From NCBI GenBank assembly GCA_030600545.1, contig JAUVLV010000002.1:241-64240 (forward strand): 64,000 nt of DNA. Direction: 5' to 3'. The notes under the pieces were generated by a model. It made no database searches, had not been told where the DNA came from, and saw nothing but the letters and a program-made list of their open reading frames with translations. Each line of letters starts with the position of its first letter. Position 1 is the first letter of the stretch. The translations under genes and the position numbers were made by a program. Origin of the DNA: Candidatus Aegiribacteria sp. Lineage in GTDB: Bacteria > Fermentibacterota > Fermentibacteria > Fermentibacterales > JCC-6. Below are positions 63,891 to 64,000 of the stretch, one piece after another.

Positions 63891-64000
63891 ATGAAATACC
63901 CTAAGCTCAGAGAACTCGCAGAAGCGATTAAAGCGGTTATCAAGGGGCCTTACACAACGAAGTTTCCGGCGGAACCCTTTACACCCCACCCCAATTTCAG
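63891..64000 (+). CDS. Start of a further subunit, possibly NuoI/MbhN-like ferredoxin (3' end beyond the window)
   Basis: My own translation gives MKYPKLRELAEAIKAVIKGPYTTKFPAEPFTPHPNF. This N-terminal pattern resembles MbhN/NuoI-type subunits, but the Cys motifs would lie beyond the window. Confidence 0.4.
   Translation, partial: MKYPKLRELAEAIKAVIKGPYTTKFPAEPFTPHPNF

Noticed and set aside
1-64000. CRISPR arrays, IS elements, integrases, prophage, toxin-antitoxin or known defence-system genes.
   Set aside because: No gene-free stretch longer than about 360 nt exists, and no spacer-repeat periodicity is present. No product shows transposase, recombinase, nuclease-helicase or other defence-type motifs.

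Overview
The window is a 64 kb chromosomal segment of a bacterium. It is almost entirely protein-coding, with about 60 genes and roughly 50% G+C by eye. I found no rRNA, tRNA, CRISPR array, transposase, integrase or phage genes. A gingipain-like protease with a T9SS-type C-terminal domain, a short Bacteroidetes-like sigma factor and several anaerobic redox genes point to an anaerobic member of the FCB superphylum or a related candidate phylum (low confidence).

Gene content runs as follows:
- 1-9.9 kb: pilQ (cut by the window edge), rsmD-coaD, an aminotransferase, a heptose/NDP-sugar mini-operon, a short sigma-70 factor and an M23 peptidase.
- 9.9-20.5 kb: a tricorn-like S41 protease, an isocitrate/isopropylmalate-family dehydrogenase, the C25 protease, rpsD and two lipoproteins.
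- 20.9-26.4 kb: an operon of a GGDEF protein, an amidohydrolase, nadC, coaX, coaC and mtnA.
- 26.6-37.8 kb: a co-directional array of dnaK, dnaJ, mutS2, dnaG, rpoD and a btuFDC-like transporter.
- 37.8-44 kb: an uncharacterised protein, a low-GC methyltransferase, a PpiD-like chaperone, holA and asd.
- 44-52.5 kb: a four-gene unit in which two lytic transglycosylases bracket two large helical-repeat proteins.
- 52.7-64 kb: a 16-gene cluster encoding a group-4 [NiFe]-hydrogenase.

The most unusual system is the hydrogenase cluster. A sulfhydrogenase/AsrAB-type beta/gamma NAD(P)H-FAD module and a polyferredoxin are tightly coupled to the membrane hydrogenase core and a complete Mrp antiporter set.

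Other points worth follow-up:
- The transglycosylase/helical-repeat operon.
- A triplicated intergenic element carrying two 11-codon mini-ORFs upstream of the GGDEF gene.
- A single-gene low-GC island.
- A 24-bp perfect palindrome in a divergent promoter region.
- A lipoprotein built from three long acidic repeats.

All functional calls rest on motif recognition by eye. No database search was run.
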